Notes under the pieces: model-generated
The model's input: the letters and a program-made list of their open reading frames with translations, nothing else
What the model was told of the DNA's origin: nothing
The model's database searches: none
Translations under genes and position numbers: made by a program
Part shown: positions 44,767-57,175 of the stretch, one piece after another
Numbering within the stretch: the first letter of the stretch is position 1
Layout: each line of letters opens with the position of its first letter
Assembly: GCA_000004695.1 (NCBI GenBank)
Contig: CM000152.2
Location: 1,248,001 to 1,312,000, forward strand
Direction: 5' to 3'
Length of the DNA: 64,000 bases
From: Dictyostelium discoideum
Taxonomy: Eukaryota

Positions 44767-45364
44767 TTAATTTCCAGTGGATTCTTTCATAAATGTAATT
44801 AATGATTTTATTACAAATATTATATTTATATTTTTCTCTTTTAAAATTGATAGATTTGGTTCAATATATAATTTTGATTTATTTTGAAGTAATTTTATAT
44901 TTAAAATTGAAAGATGATGAATATGGTTATTTTTATTATTAATAATATTTAAAAATTGATCATTTATTGGTAAATGTTTATTTAAAGATTGTTCAATATT
45001 TAAATCAAATACCCATAAATCTTTTAAAGAGTTTGAATTTGAAATTGAATAAATTATAGAATTTATAAATAAAATTAATTTAAAATCAATTGAAAATTGT
45101 TTAGAGTTTAAAATTACTTGTAATATTAAAACATTTTTTAAATTTAATGAATATTCAATTAAATAATTTATATTTGAAATTACAAATTGTTTATCATTTT
45201 CAATAAAGTAACATAACCTTGTAAAATCAAATTGCGAAATTAAATTATTTACAACAGATGTAGGTAATGATGATAGTGAAATATTTAAATTATAAATCAT
45301 ATAATTTAATATTGAATAATTTGATGATTTAAAAATTCTAATTAACTCATTTTTATCTATTGAT

Positions 45365-45447
<83 letters not shown>

Positions 45448-45459
45448 TGAATGGTTTCG

Positions 45460-45552
<93 letters not shown>

Positions 45553-47484
45553 TTGTTGAAATATTAAAACATCTTGATATATATCTTTTATTTCACCAAT
45601 TGAAGGATATATTGGTTGTGTTAAGATTATATGATAACAATTAATTTGATTAAAAACATGATGATATTTTGATACAAATTTAATATGACCTTTTGAATTG
45701 ATATCTCCTCTAGAAAGTTCAAATAAATAATTTATTTTGAAAAAAACATATTTTGAAATTGATTGTGTAATTTCATTTATTGGATTCAATTCATAATTTA
45801 CAAAATATTGAAAAATTTGAAAATGATCAAAGGTAGGATACTCTTTAGATAAATAACTTTCACATCTATCGTTTCTAATATTTTCTAATAAGATTTTTGT
45901 TTTTGGTTTAACTTTTTCCATTAAATATTTTACAATATCAAAATAACCATTAAGAATTGAACTTTGAAATAAAGGTTGGCAAAATGAGTTGTGATTTGAT
46001 TTTGAAACTTTTTCATATAATTTAATTGAATTTAAATCCCCAAAGAATGCTTTTTTACAACTTCTAAAATGTAAATCCATAGAGGCAATTTTTGAACAAT
46101 AACGATTATCACTAACTAGATATTCTAAAATTTCATATTTAGTTTCATAACATTCTATTGGCATTTCCCATTTTATAAGAATTTCTTTTGGAGAATTTTT
46201 TAAAAAATAATTCAAATACTCTAAATCAAATGACATTAAACAACAATATTCTGCAACTCTATTAAATAATAATAAAACTTTTGATATATTATTGAACAGA
46301 AATTCAAGTTCATTTTCAATTAAATATTTAAAATCTTGAAATGATGGTATGAATCTTTTATTTAGAGCAAGTAGTTTGATCATATTATTATTATAATTTA
46401 AATTTTCAAAGGAAATATTATTAAATGTACCACTAAAATTATTAAAATATTCAAGTTTTGATAGATTTGCAACTTTAATATCCTCGCCCAATCTAATTAA
46501 TTCAAATTGATAATTTGACCAAAGAAATTGAAATATTTCCATATTGAAATCAAATTGTTTTAATGGACTTAAAAACAAATTATTTGAACCTATAATTGAA
46601 ACTCTTTCAAATTGGCTATTTTGAATTTTATTAATAGATGGTATCTTTAAATCATTTAAATTATCTTTATTGAATGAATTTTTAAAAAAGCTTATTTCTT
46701 TATTATTATCTACTAAATATTTAGCCAATTCCATATTTGAATAATTAATTGCCAAACTTGATAAAAATAAATAACTATTTATTTGTGAAGAAAATAAAAA
46801 TGGTTTCAATTGAATAAAATAAATTAACAATTGAGTATATTTCATTTTTAATAACCATATTACTAATTCTAAACATTTTTTTAAATCTAAATTACTTTCA
46901 TCATAAAGACAATCATCATAATAATTTAAAAGTGAAATGAAAATTTCCAAATTTCCACCACTATTGAATATTGTTGTTTCTTGAAAGTAAATTGTTTTTT
47001 GAAAAATACCACCACTATCAATTGTTGTTGGTAATTTAAATTGGTTTTTTAATAGAAAATCATAAATTTCAAAATTACCACCTGATGCTGCATATAATAA
47101 TAGAAATTTATTATATTTTCTAAAATGATTTTTACATTGTTTAAAAATTAACTCAAATCTTTTAAATCCCAATTCTTTATATTTTAATAATGTTTTAATA
47201 TCCATTTCTGTTAAATTATTAAATGCATTATAATACCAATATTTTGATTTATCATTTTTAACAACTTTAAAATAATGATCAACATAACTATCAAATATAT
47301 TAAACATTCCATTTGATAACATTATTTCAATTGTTAAATCACTTGTTTTATATGAATTTAAAATTTTATCATAATTTAAATATGATTTATCAATACTAAA
47401 TTGTAAATCTTGATATTTTACATAATAAAAAATTAAATTAAATAAATAATTATTATTAAAAACTTTTTTATATAAATAATACAT
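44767..47484 (-). CDS. Hypothetical Dictyostelium-type protein (about 905 aa) with ankyrin-like repeat signatures and an internal contiguous poly-Gln/poly-Asn tract
   Basis: Single ORF. The first true ATG is at 47482-47484; the track's upstream M is TTG. Ankyrin-like segments LLLYAASGGNFEIYDFLLKN and SGGNLEIFISLL. A Q33-N29 block is encoded by adjacent (TTG)n and (ATT)n on the + strand at 45360-45550. Confidence 0.5.
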
Positions 47485-47783
47485 TTTCAAAATAATATTA
47501 ATAAAATAAAAAAAAAAAAAAAAAAATAATAAAAAAAAAAAAAACCAAAAAAAAAAAAAAAAAAATCATGATATTTTATGAAAAAAGAAGAAAAATATTT
47601 ATTTTTCTTCTTTTTTTCATATTTTTTTCTTTTTTTCTTTTTTTGATTTTTATCTATTTTTTTTATTTTGAGGTAAAGATAATTTATAGCAAAATAAAAA
47701 ATAATAAAAAATATTTATTCAAGACTTGTACAACATAATATATTTATTTTTTTATTTTTTTTTTTTTTAAAAAATTAAAAACT

Positions 47784-49232
47784 TTATTTAAATAAATTTA
47801 AATTATAATGATCATTTATAAAAGTTGATAATTGATTAAAATAAAAAATAAAAGCAAATTCAGGTACCATTTCACTTAATAATATATTAAACCAAATCCA
47901 TTTTTCAATTCCACCTCTTTTATAAAGATTAAAACAATAATTGAAATTGAAAATATTTGAATCAACTTTTTTAGATTTAATCAATTTTTCATAATAAATT
48001 GAAAATAATCTTTTTTCATTCTCTCTTCTAAATTCAATTGAACAATTACTAATTATAAATTGAGAAATATCAGAGAATGGACAACCAATACCAACTTCTG
48101 AATAATCTAAAAAGTAAATTTGGCCATCTTTTTTAATTTGATTTTTCTTTATTTCATCACCTTCTTTTCCGACTATAGTGGTGGTAGTAATTGGTATCAT
48201 AATATTACCAGCATGAAAATCACCATGTACCATTGTAAATGGTGTATTGGGTTGATTTATATCAACTCTCTTTTGAAATGATTCCCATTTTATAAAAGAT
48301 TGAAAATATTCATTTACAACCAATTTATATAGATCAACATGTTCTAATTTATTCTCTTTTGATAATTTTTCAATTAATGGTAATGTACTCTTTTCCCAAG
48401 TATTATTTAATTTAATTTCAAAATAATTAATATATTTCTCTTTTCCAATACCATTATAATAATCTAAATTTTTTAACCATGATAAATCATTATTTGAATT
48501 CTCTTGTTGTTGTTGTTGTTGTTGTTGTTGTTGAGATAAAATCTCTTTATCTCTCCAAAAATCAATATGAAGTTTTGAAGTTTCAATAAAACAATTTTCA
48601 ACAATCCATGAAATATCATATCCACTAATATCAACACCATCTGGTATTCCCCAACATTGATTACCCATAGCTAATGATCCTAAAATATATGATGATGTTG
48701 ATAATGATGATGATGATGTTGACGATGGTTTTGGAGATGAAATATCTTGTAAAATCATTGAGAATGAGCCACAATATGTTTTATTTGAATAATAAACTAT
48801 TGGTATAAAAGGATATTTCATTTTATTATTATTATTATTATTTGATAATAAGGATGAAAGATGATATTGATAGAAATCAGCTTCTCTTGATTGTGAATGT
48901 TCAATAGAGAATTTAATTCTATCAAATGATTCAATTACTGATTTCATTATTACAGTTTCTGGAAAAACTTTAAAATTACCACATTCTCTTTTTTGTTTTT
49001 TCCATTTTAATTGAATTCTTTGAATTGATGAATTTAAACCACCATTTAATGATTTCTCTTCAACACTAAAATCAATAACCTCTCCCTCGTATCTACTATT
49101 AAAAATTGATTGAATAAATTCTAATGTTAACTCATTACCATATATAACAGATTGTTGTAACCCAATTGACCTCCTTATCTTTCTATAAATTCTTCCAAAA
49201 TAATATTCATTATAAACTTTTAATGTATCCAT
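47784..49232 (-). CDS. EcKinase/CHK (choline/aminoglycoside phosphotransferase-like, APH fold) kinase-like domain protein, 482 aa
   Basis: Brenner-type catalytic motif MVHGDFHAGNIMI and cation-binding DYSEVGIGCPFSDI (a DxxxxG variant of DFG/DxE). Matches the EcKL/DUF1679 family, which is expanded in amoebae and insects. ATG at 49230-49232. Confidence 0.6.
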   Translation of the reverse strand: MDTLKVYNEYYFGRIYRKIRRSIGLQQSVIYGNELTLEFIQSIFNSRYEGEVIDFSVEEKSLNGGLNSSIQRIQLKWKKQKRECGNFKVFPETVIMKSVIESFDRIKFSIEHSQSREADFYQYHLSSLLSNNNNNNKMKYPFIPIVYYSNKTYCGSFSMILQDISSPKPSSTSSSSLSTSSYILGSLAMGNQCWGIPDGVDISGYDISWIVENCFIETSKLHIDFWRDKEILSQQQQQQQQQQENSNNDLSWLKNLDYYNGIGKEKYINYFEIKLNNTWEKSTLPLIEKLSKENKLEHVDLYKLVVNEYFQSFIKWESFQKRVDINQPNTPFTMVHGDFHAGNIMIPITTTTIVGKEGDEIKKNQIKKDGQIYFLDYSEVGIGCPFSDISQFIISNCSIEFRRENEKRLFSIYYEKLIKSKKVDSNIFNFNYCFNLYKRGGIEKWIWFNILLSEMVPEFAFIFYFNQLSTFINDHYNLNLFK

Positions 49233-49333
49233 TTAAATATTTTTTTTTTTTGATGTCTTACGCTAAATTTTTTTTTTTTTTTGAAAAAATAAAAATAGAA
49301 AAAAAAAAAAAAAAAAAAAAAAAGAGGATTTGG

Positions 49334-49370
<37 letters not shown>

Positions 49371-49683
49371 GAGAATAAAGATTTAAAAAAAAAAAAAAAA
49401 TATTAATTTTCATTTTCAATCAAATAAAAAAGTCAATTTTTTAATAGGTAATAATTAAAAATAGTAACCAAAAAAGAAATAAAAAAAAAAAAGTCATAAC
49501 AAAAAAAGATACCAAACCTCTCAACATAAGATTTTTTTTTTTTTTGAGGAATTGAAAAATCCTGGCAATTTCGAAAAATAGAAAAAAAAAAAAAACAAAA
49601 AAAATAAATTTTAAAATTATTGACAATGGACCAGTAATAATAATAAATAATTTGCCTGTTTGATGATTGTTTTTTTTATTTTT

Positions 49684-49724
<41 letters not shown>

Positions 49725-49915
49725 CATTACAAATTTCTCTCTCTCAGTAATTTTATTTACGCAAAAATAAAACATAATAATTATTTTTTTTTCTTAACAA
49801 ATTTTTACATGTTTAACAAAATATTTATAATAACTTTTTTTTTTTAAAACAAATTTTTACACTATGCAAAAATAAAACAAAAGGTAATATTTATTGAATT
49901 TTAATTTTTTATTAT

Positions 49916-49968
<53 letters not shown>

Positions 49969-50013
49969 CTATTATCAGTTAATTTTTTAGTTTTTTATTT
50001 TTATTTTATATTC

Positions 50014-50112
<99 letters not shown>

Positions 50113-50187
50113 TTTTAACATTCTTTAAATTTCAAAAAGAAAAAAAAAAAAAAAAAAAAAAAAGATTACTAATAAATTATTTTAAAA

Positions 50188-51957
50188 TTATGTTTCGACA
50201 TGATTATTAGAAGAACTATGGTGATGATGTTTCCAAGGGAAATGGAAATGGTGATGCTCATGATCACCTTCACTTTTATGATGTTGATGATTGTGATCAC
50301 CTTCTTTTGGTGAACCAAATAATTTAGCGATTGAATGTCTTCTGAAATGATTAAAGAAACCTTTCTTTCTCTCTTTTTCAGGTGAGGTAGAAAGTGGTGG
50401 AGAAATTGAACCATGACTGTCACCTATACTACCACTTGGACTATGTTTCTTCTTTGGTGTACCAATTTTGTGGAGATGACCATGAGGAAGATCAGAAGAT
50501 TGTGACAAAGGACCACTACCAGAACTTAATTCCAAAGCATTTAATTCAACAGGATGGGAAGCAGCTCTTGGCATATTAACCAAATCTGGATTACTTAAAT
50601 TTTTATTCTTCAATTCTAAAGAGGAGGATGATTTATTTAAAGAGGAAGGCTTTATATTCTTTTGTAATGGACTGTTGACAACATTACCATGATTATAATG
50701 TTCAGGAGAGGAAGGTCTTGAACTATCTGGTGAGGGAGTATTTGAAGAAGCTGGTGACATTGATTCACGATATCTATCTTCACATGGAGTCAAACCATGA
50801 AGTAAATGAGAGACTATATAATTGTTTTTCTTTGCTTGTTTGAATACTTTATGTTCCAATAGTTTGGAGGCATTTGGTCTTTTTGAAGGCTCTTTTTGGA
50901 GACACTTATCGACCAAATCCTTGTAGAGATGACTACAGACACCTTTATCCTCTTCCTCTTGAAGTGATGGTGAATTGCCAAATAATAAATTCATAAATAC
51001 TTTTGATGGAGGTAAATCGTAACCTGGTGGTTTTCCTCTGATCAATTCTATTGCAGTGATTCCAAATGACCATATATCAACGCCTTGATTATAGCCACGT
51101 TCTGATATGATTTCAGGTGCCATCCAACAAGGTGTACCAACGATAGTTTTTCTACTACAACATGTATTCTTTTCAAACATTGCACTAACACCGAAATCTG
51201 CCAACTCAATTGCACCATCTTCACCAATTAAAATATTATCACTCTTTAAATCTCTATGAATTCTTTGATGAGAATGAAGGTATTCCAAACCTTTCAATAG
51301 TGATTTCAATACAGTTACTGCCAACACCTCTGGGATACCATCTGGATATTTAAATTTCATAATGTCAGCTAATGAACCACCACCTAAATAATCCATAACC
51401 AACCAAAGTTGATTATTCTCCAAGAAAGAGGTATGATAATGAATGAGGTTTGGATGATTATTACCATTCATTACTTTAACTTCCTTTATAACATCCTTTA
51501 CAAATTGTGGATCCATTTTATCCAATTCCACTACTTTGATTGCAACATTCTCTTTCAATGGTATACAATAGGCTTTGAAAACTCTACCCTCTGTACCTTC
51601 ACCAATTGGTTCTATTAAATTGTATTGATTGGCTTGAGATGGATAATCTGATATAGTTTTAATTTGTTGAAGTTCTCTAATAATTGATTCTCTTCTTTCA
51701 TTAGAGATAACTTCTGAAATATGACTTGGTAATTTCTTTTTTTCTCCTATTGGTTCTTTACCATTGCCACCACCACTACTATTCATTAATTCCTCTTCTC
51801 TTGATGATGAATCAGAATCACTATCTGGTAAATCATGATGATTGGCATGTTCTATTCTATTATGTTGTGCACAAACATAATTATTATTATTATTACTATT
51901 ATTAATTTCCATTTTAAGTTTAAATGATACTTTTTTTTTTTTTTTTAATAACTTCAT
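50188..51957 (-). CDS. STE20-family Ser/Thr kinase of the OSR1/SPAK (fray) type with a His-rich C-terminus, 589 aa. The physiological start is possibly the second ATG at 51912.
   Basis: EPIGEGTEGRVFKAYCIPLKENVAIKVV, HRDLKSDNILIGEDGAIELADFGVS, GTPCWMAPEI and GYNQGVDIWSFGITAIEL. Resembles OSR1/STK39. The C-terminus HHKSEGDHEHHHFHFPWKHHHH. The first ATG is preceded by an A-rich leader. The second ATG has the better aaaATGg context. Confidence 0.8.
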   Translation of the reverse strand: MKLLKKKKKVSFKLKMEINNSNNNNNYVCAQHNRIEHANHHDLPDSDSDSSSREEELMNSSGGGNGKEPIGEKKKLPSHISEVISNERRESIIRELQQIKTISDYPSQANQYNLIEPIGEGTEGRVFKAYCIPLKENVAIKVVELDKMDPQFVKDVIKEVKVMNGNNHPNLIHYHTSFLENNQLWLVMDYLGGGSLADIMKFKYPDGIPEVLAVTVLKSLLKGLEYLHSHQRIHRDLKSDNILIGEDGAIELADFGVSAMFEKNTCCSRKTIVGTPCWMAPEIISERGYNQGVDIWSFGITAIELIRGKPPGYDLPPSKVFMNLLFGNSPSLQEEEDKGVCSHLYKDLVDKCLQKEPSKRPNASKLLEHKVFKQAKKNNYIVSHLLHGLTPCEDRYRESMSPASSNTPSPDSSRPSSPEHYNHGNVVNSPLQKNIKPSSLNKSSSSLELKNKNLSNPDLVNMPRAASHPVELNALELSSGSGPLSQSSDLPHGHLHKIGTPKKKHSPSGSIGDSHGSISPPLSTSPEKERKKGFFNHFRRHSIAKLFGSPKEGDHNHQHHKSEGDHEHHHFHFPWKHHHHSSSNNHVET

Positions 51958-52799
51958 TTTTATGTATTATTTTATTTTATTTTTTTAACACAAAAAAAAA
52001 AAAAATAGGAAAAGGAAAAGGGAAAGAAAAAGAGAAAAAAAAAAAAAAAATAGGGAATAGGGAATGAATTAATAAAAAAAAAAAAAAAAAAAAGTTTAAA
52101 ATAATAACATTAATATTACAGATAATTTAATACAATAGTATAAGAAAAAGAAGAAATTAGTGTAAGTATAATTGGATTAAATTTAAAACGGCTAAATTTT
52201 TTTTTTTTTTTTTTTTCCAAATTGGATTTTTATTTGCCAATTTTAAAAAATAAAATAATAATTAAATAAATAAAATTATAATAATTACCTTTTTTTTTAA
52301 AGTATCGTCAAATTTTATAATTTATCTGTATCTTGAAAAAAAATTTGTTTTTTAATTTTTTTTACTCTTTTGTGTGTAGAAGCTATATTATTATTATTAT
52401 TATTATTACTGTATTATAAGTAATTGCTGACACAAAATATTTTTAAAATAAAATTGTGCGTGGGTGTTGAAATATATATTGGTTTATATATATTTTATTT
52501 ATATGGTGATATTTTTTTATTTTTTTACTATATATATATAATTGCGTTGTTGGGTACTACTAGTATTTAAACTTTAACATTGAATATTTGATTATTCCTA
52601 GTGTTACTATTATTTATATTTTATATTTTATTGTATTATTAGTGGTGGTTCACTTTAATATTTGAAACCAATGTAATCTTTTTATTATTAATTGAATCTA
52701 AGGCTTTTAATATAAAATCAAAAACCAAATAAATAAATAAATAAAAACCCTTCGGGGATATTATAATGAGATGAATGTAAATTTAATATAATGTATAAA

Positions 52800-52850
52800 G
52801 TGTGGGTGTTGTGGTGTGTGTGTGTGTGTGTTTTTTTTTAGTGTGGGTTT
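52800..52850. promoter_or_regulatory. GT-rich G-box / CA-element-like sequence (tgtgggtgttgtggtgtgtgtgtgtgtgtg ... gtgtgggtt). Candidate GBF-type binding site.
   Basis: GT-rich G/C-containing tracts are rare in this genome and match the half-site character (GTGTGGG) of Dictyostelium G-box binding factor elements. Lies in a 3.2-kb intergenic region upstream of the STE20 kinase on the minus strand. Confidence 0.35.
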
Positions 52851-52985
52851 TTTTTCTTTTTTTTTTTTTTTTTATTTTACTAAAATTATTGCTACGGAAT
52901 TACTAATAATTTTTTTTTTTTTTTTTTTTTTAATTAATTTTATTAAGATTTTGATGATTCGTAATTATGGAAAAACTGTTTTTGG

Positions 52986-53032
<47 letters not shown>

Positions 53033-53811
53033 ATTAAAATAATTTATGTTTTGAAAAATATATAATTTGAAAAGTTTTGTTTATGTTGGTTTAATAATTT
53101 TATAAATTATTGTTAAAAATAGATGAAATGTTTGTTATAGTGTCAAATTTATTATCATGACTTGTTTATCTATATTATTTTATTTTTTTTATAAACGAGT
53201 ACTATAAAGGTTGAAAAATTATATACATAAAGAAATATTTATATATATTAAAAAAAAAAAAAGAAATTATTAATATTAGTTCTTTTGGTAACAATGAAAA
53301 TAAAAATAAATGGAAAAGTATTTTTTTTTTTTTTTAAATAAAAACAAAAAAAAAAAAAAAAAATAAAAATTTATTTTAATTTATTTAAATTTATTTTTTT
53401 TATTATTTTAAAAAAAAGTTATAAATATAATCTCGAAAAAACCCTATATTTAAACCAACTTTTTGAGACAAAAAAAAAAATAAAATTTTAAAAAAAATAA
53501 AAAAAAAAAAAAAAAAATTATTATAATAACAAAATGTTTTTTTTTTATTTATTTTATTTTATTTAATTTTATTTTATTTTATTTTATTTATAAAAACACA
53601 AAAAAATAAAAAATAAAAAATAAAATAAAATATAAAAAAAATGTAAATTTATATGAGATAAAAAAATTTAATATAATATAAAATATAACATAATTGTTTA
53701 CTTTTTTTGTACAACATTAATAATAAATTATATGTGAAGAAAAAAAAAAAAAATTATAATTTGGTCTTTTTTTTTTTTTTTTTTTTATAAAAAAAGTCTG
53801 AAATTGACACA

Positions 53812-53847
<36 letters not shown>

Positions 53848-54056
53848 AATAAAAATAAAAACCAATATTCGGGGTTATTTGAAAAATTTTGTGATGATGA
53901 TGGTTAAATGGTGGTGTGATACTTGAGCCATATATACAAACTTTTTTTTTTTTTTTTTTTTTTTTTATTATTTTTTGAGATTCTAGAATTAATAAAACGT
54001 TTGTGATTTATTTGATTGATAGTTTTTTTATTATTTTATTTTATTATTTTATTTTA

Positions 54057-54097
<41 letters not shown>

Positions 54098-54548
54098 CTA
54101 CAAAGAAATAAACTGTACAAGGGTGTTACAAAAATTAAAAAACTAAAATAAAAAAAAATAATAAAAAAAATGAAAAAAAAAAAAAAAAAAAAAGAATCCC
54201 GAAAAAGCTTCGTTAATTTTTTGAAAAATTTTCTTTTAATAAAAAAAAAAAAAATGAAAAAAAGAAATATAGCACCATAATTTTTTTTTTTTTGCCAAAT
54301 CAAAAAAGGAAACAAAATCGGCTCACCATAATACTGTCAGTAGTGGCCAAATCTATATTTATTTTTTTTATTTTTATTTTTTTTTTTAAATTTTAGTAAA
54401 ATCAAAAGAAAAAAAAAAAAAAAAAGAAAAAAGAAAAAATAAAAAAAATAAAAATAAACTGTAAAAAAAAAGAAGAGTTATTTTTATTTCAAAATAAGAA
54501 GAGTTAGCATTATGTGAAAGCTTGATCAAAAATAGGTAATGCATTGTT

Positions 54549-54585
<37 letters not shown>

Positions 54586-54679
54586 GTTTAATTTTAGAAA
54601 ATTAAAAATTAAAAATAAAAAAAAAAAAAAAAATAATTATTATAAACCATATGGTTGTTTTTACCAAAAGTTTTTTTTT

Positions 54680-54711
<32 letters not shown>

Positions 54712-54742
54712 TATAAAATATCAATTTAAAAATATTTTCCAG

Positions 54743-55056
54743 TAACGTTCAGAGAAAGAATTAAAATATTCGAAAATGATTTTGTAACGTTGCATTTTTT
54801 TTTTTTTAATTTTTTTTTCCACCCCTTTTCCCAAATATTTTTTTGGGCAACCCAAAGTTAAATATTGATTTTTTATTTTACACAGTAACGTAATTTCTTT
54901 GTAATGAATTACATTTTAAAAAAAAAAAAAACTTATTAATTTAGGTTTTGTAACGTTGAATTTTTTTTTTTTTTTTTTTTTTAAAACGTTATAAAAAGGA
55001 ATTTTTTTTTTCAAAGTGTTTCATTAAAAAAAAAAAAACAAAAACAATAACGTTGC
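54743..55056. promoter_or_regulatory. Cluster of six ACGT-core motifs, mostly GTAACGTT: tttgtaacgttg x2, cagtaacgt x2, aataacgttg, aaaacgtta. They lie 65-380 bp upstream of the His-rich protein gene.
   Basis: Direct reading at 54743-54750, 54784-54791, 54896-54903, 54950-54957, 54984-54991 and 55047-55056. The CpG-containing palindromic core AACGTT is otherwise almost absent from the window. Confidence 0.4.
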
Positions 55057-55120
55057 TAAATAAAAAATAAAAAAAAAAAGTATATAATAAATAATATATC
55101 AAAATTAATAATTAAAAATA

Positions 55121-55711
55121 ATGGAAAATCAAAAACAATCAGAATCAAATAATATTGATAACAACAACAATTCATCATCATCATCACCATCATCTCCAGT
55201 ATTTAAAACAATTTTTGAAAATTTGCCAAGTGATGTAAAGGAAAGAAAACAATACATTTACCAAATTAAAAAAGCTCTTAAAGATGAAAAAAGAAAATTA
55301 AAAGAATCAAAACCTGAAAAGTATGCTAAACATTGCAAGCGTGAAAAACATGAAAGTCATCATTTCCATGGTCTCCACTTCCATCCAGAGCATCAATTCG
55401 GAGGACACCACTTTGGTGGTCATCATCACCATCATGGTGGTCATCATCATCATGGTCATCATCATGGCCATCACCATGGTGGTCATCACGGACATCATTT
55501 CGAAGGTCGTCACGGTCATTCTCAAGATATTCAAGGTTGTAGTACTCCAAATAAAATTAACCTTTTAAATAAAAAAAAACAAGTTTTAATTGCTAAAACC
55601 CAACTCCTTGAAGCAAAAATAGCCACATTGAGTGAAATCAACCAAAATAAAACTAGCACACCACCACCAACTTCAATTGAATCAGTTGTTGGAACTTTTA
55701 GTCAAATGTAA
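55121..55711 (+). CDS. Histidine-rich protein (196 aa): (G/H)-repeat block HHFHGLHFHPEHQFGGHHFGGHHHHHGGHHHHGHHHGHHHGGHHGHHFEGRHGH flanked by Lys-rich helical regions
   Basis: Single ORF with a good aaaATGg start. The sequence composition suggests a metal-binding His/Gly repeat, but no function is known. Confidence 0.5.
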   Translation: MENQKQSESNNIDNNNNSSSSSPSSPVFKTIFENLPSDVKERKQYIYQIKKALKDEKRKLKESKPEKYAKHCKREKHESHHFHGLHFHPEHQFGGHHFGGHHHHHGGHHHHGHHHGHHHGGHHGHHFEGRHGHSQDIQGCSTPNKINLLNKKKQVLIAKTQLLEAKIATLSEINQNKTSTPPPTSIESVVGTFSQM

Positions 55712-56619
55712 TAAAAATATTAATTTTGGATTTTTTTTTCCTTTTTAATTAAACTTAAAAATAAATAAAATAAAATTTAGAATTATTTCAAAATATCAGT
55801 TTTTTTTTTTTTTATCTTTTTTTAATATATTAACTTTTCTGAATCTGTATGTTCATATAAAATTTTTTTTTCTCTAAACCTTTTTCGACTTATTTTAATT
55901 TCATTTTTCTTTTTTTTTTTTTTTTTTTTTTTTATTAAAAATATTACTTTATGAAAATCCAGTAGATTAATAAAAAAAGAATTGGATTTTATTTTTTATT
56001 TTTTTTATTTTTTTATTTATTTATATATTTTTATTTAAATTTTACAATTTCAGAATGTTATTAATATTTTTTTTTTTTAATTTTTTTTAAATTTTTTTTA
56101 TACATTTAAAATTAAAAAATAGATTGATTGATACAAGTTTTTGTTCCATTCTTTTAAAATTTAAGTAAACACACATTTTTTGTTTTTAATAAATTACTAA
56201 ATGTATGTTTACTTAAGTTTTAAAAAAACGATTTTATTTTTTAATTTAATTTTATTTTTTTGTAAAGTTTAAAAAAAAAAAAAATTTTTTTTTTTTCAAT
56301 TTAATTTATAGGATATAACAATTAAAAACTATCAGAAATAAATAAAGATGAAAAATGTAAAAGTAATCTTTTATTTAGTGGTCATTACTCTTATCATTCC
56401 AGTCAACACTTTGTAGGTCATTTTAGTCATCTTATCCATCACAATCATCACCATATCCAACAACTCAATCCATCTAAAACATCAAATAAATAAATAAATA
56501 AATAAATAAATAAACCTTTAAAATATTTTAATGTTTCTTTTTTTTATTTTATTTTATTTTATTTAATTTTATTCTTTTAAAATAAAAAAAAACAAATAAA
56601 AATAATTATTTTATTATTT

Positions 56620-57131
56620 TTAAGTTAAATCAGATAGTTTAACTCCTCTTGGTTCAAGTTTTAATGATAAAGAGAATAAACCTTCATCACTCATTGGAAC
56701 AAAAGAATGGGCAGGTCTTGGTATGATATGAGCTTGATGGGATGGATCAAACGATTTTCTTTTAAAGAGAGAAGAAGAAGGTTGATGATAAATCAAAGAA
56801 GATGACGATTGTGACGATGATGATGATGATGGTTGTTGATTAATGATTTGATTACTTTGACTAGAGATATTATTGATTGTACTTGGTGAAGTACTACCAC
56901 TATTACCATTTTGTGGTGAATTATTAGCAGATCTTGGTGTATTTAAACCATTAGATTTCAAAAGTGAGCCTGAAGTTGGTGATAATGGATTAATACTATG
57001 AATATTTGATGTTGATACACTCTTTCTTCTATTCTTTGTAAATTGTTGGCCTTTAACTAAAAATAATAATTCTTCAGAAATTATAGAAGAAGTATTGGAT
57101 GATGATGTTACAAAACTACCACTACCATTAC

Positions 57132-57175
<44 letters not shown>

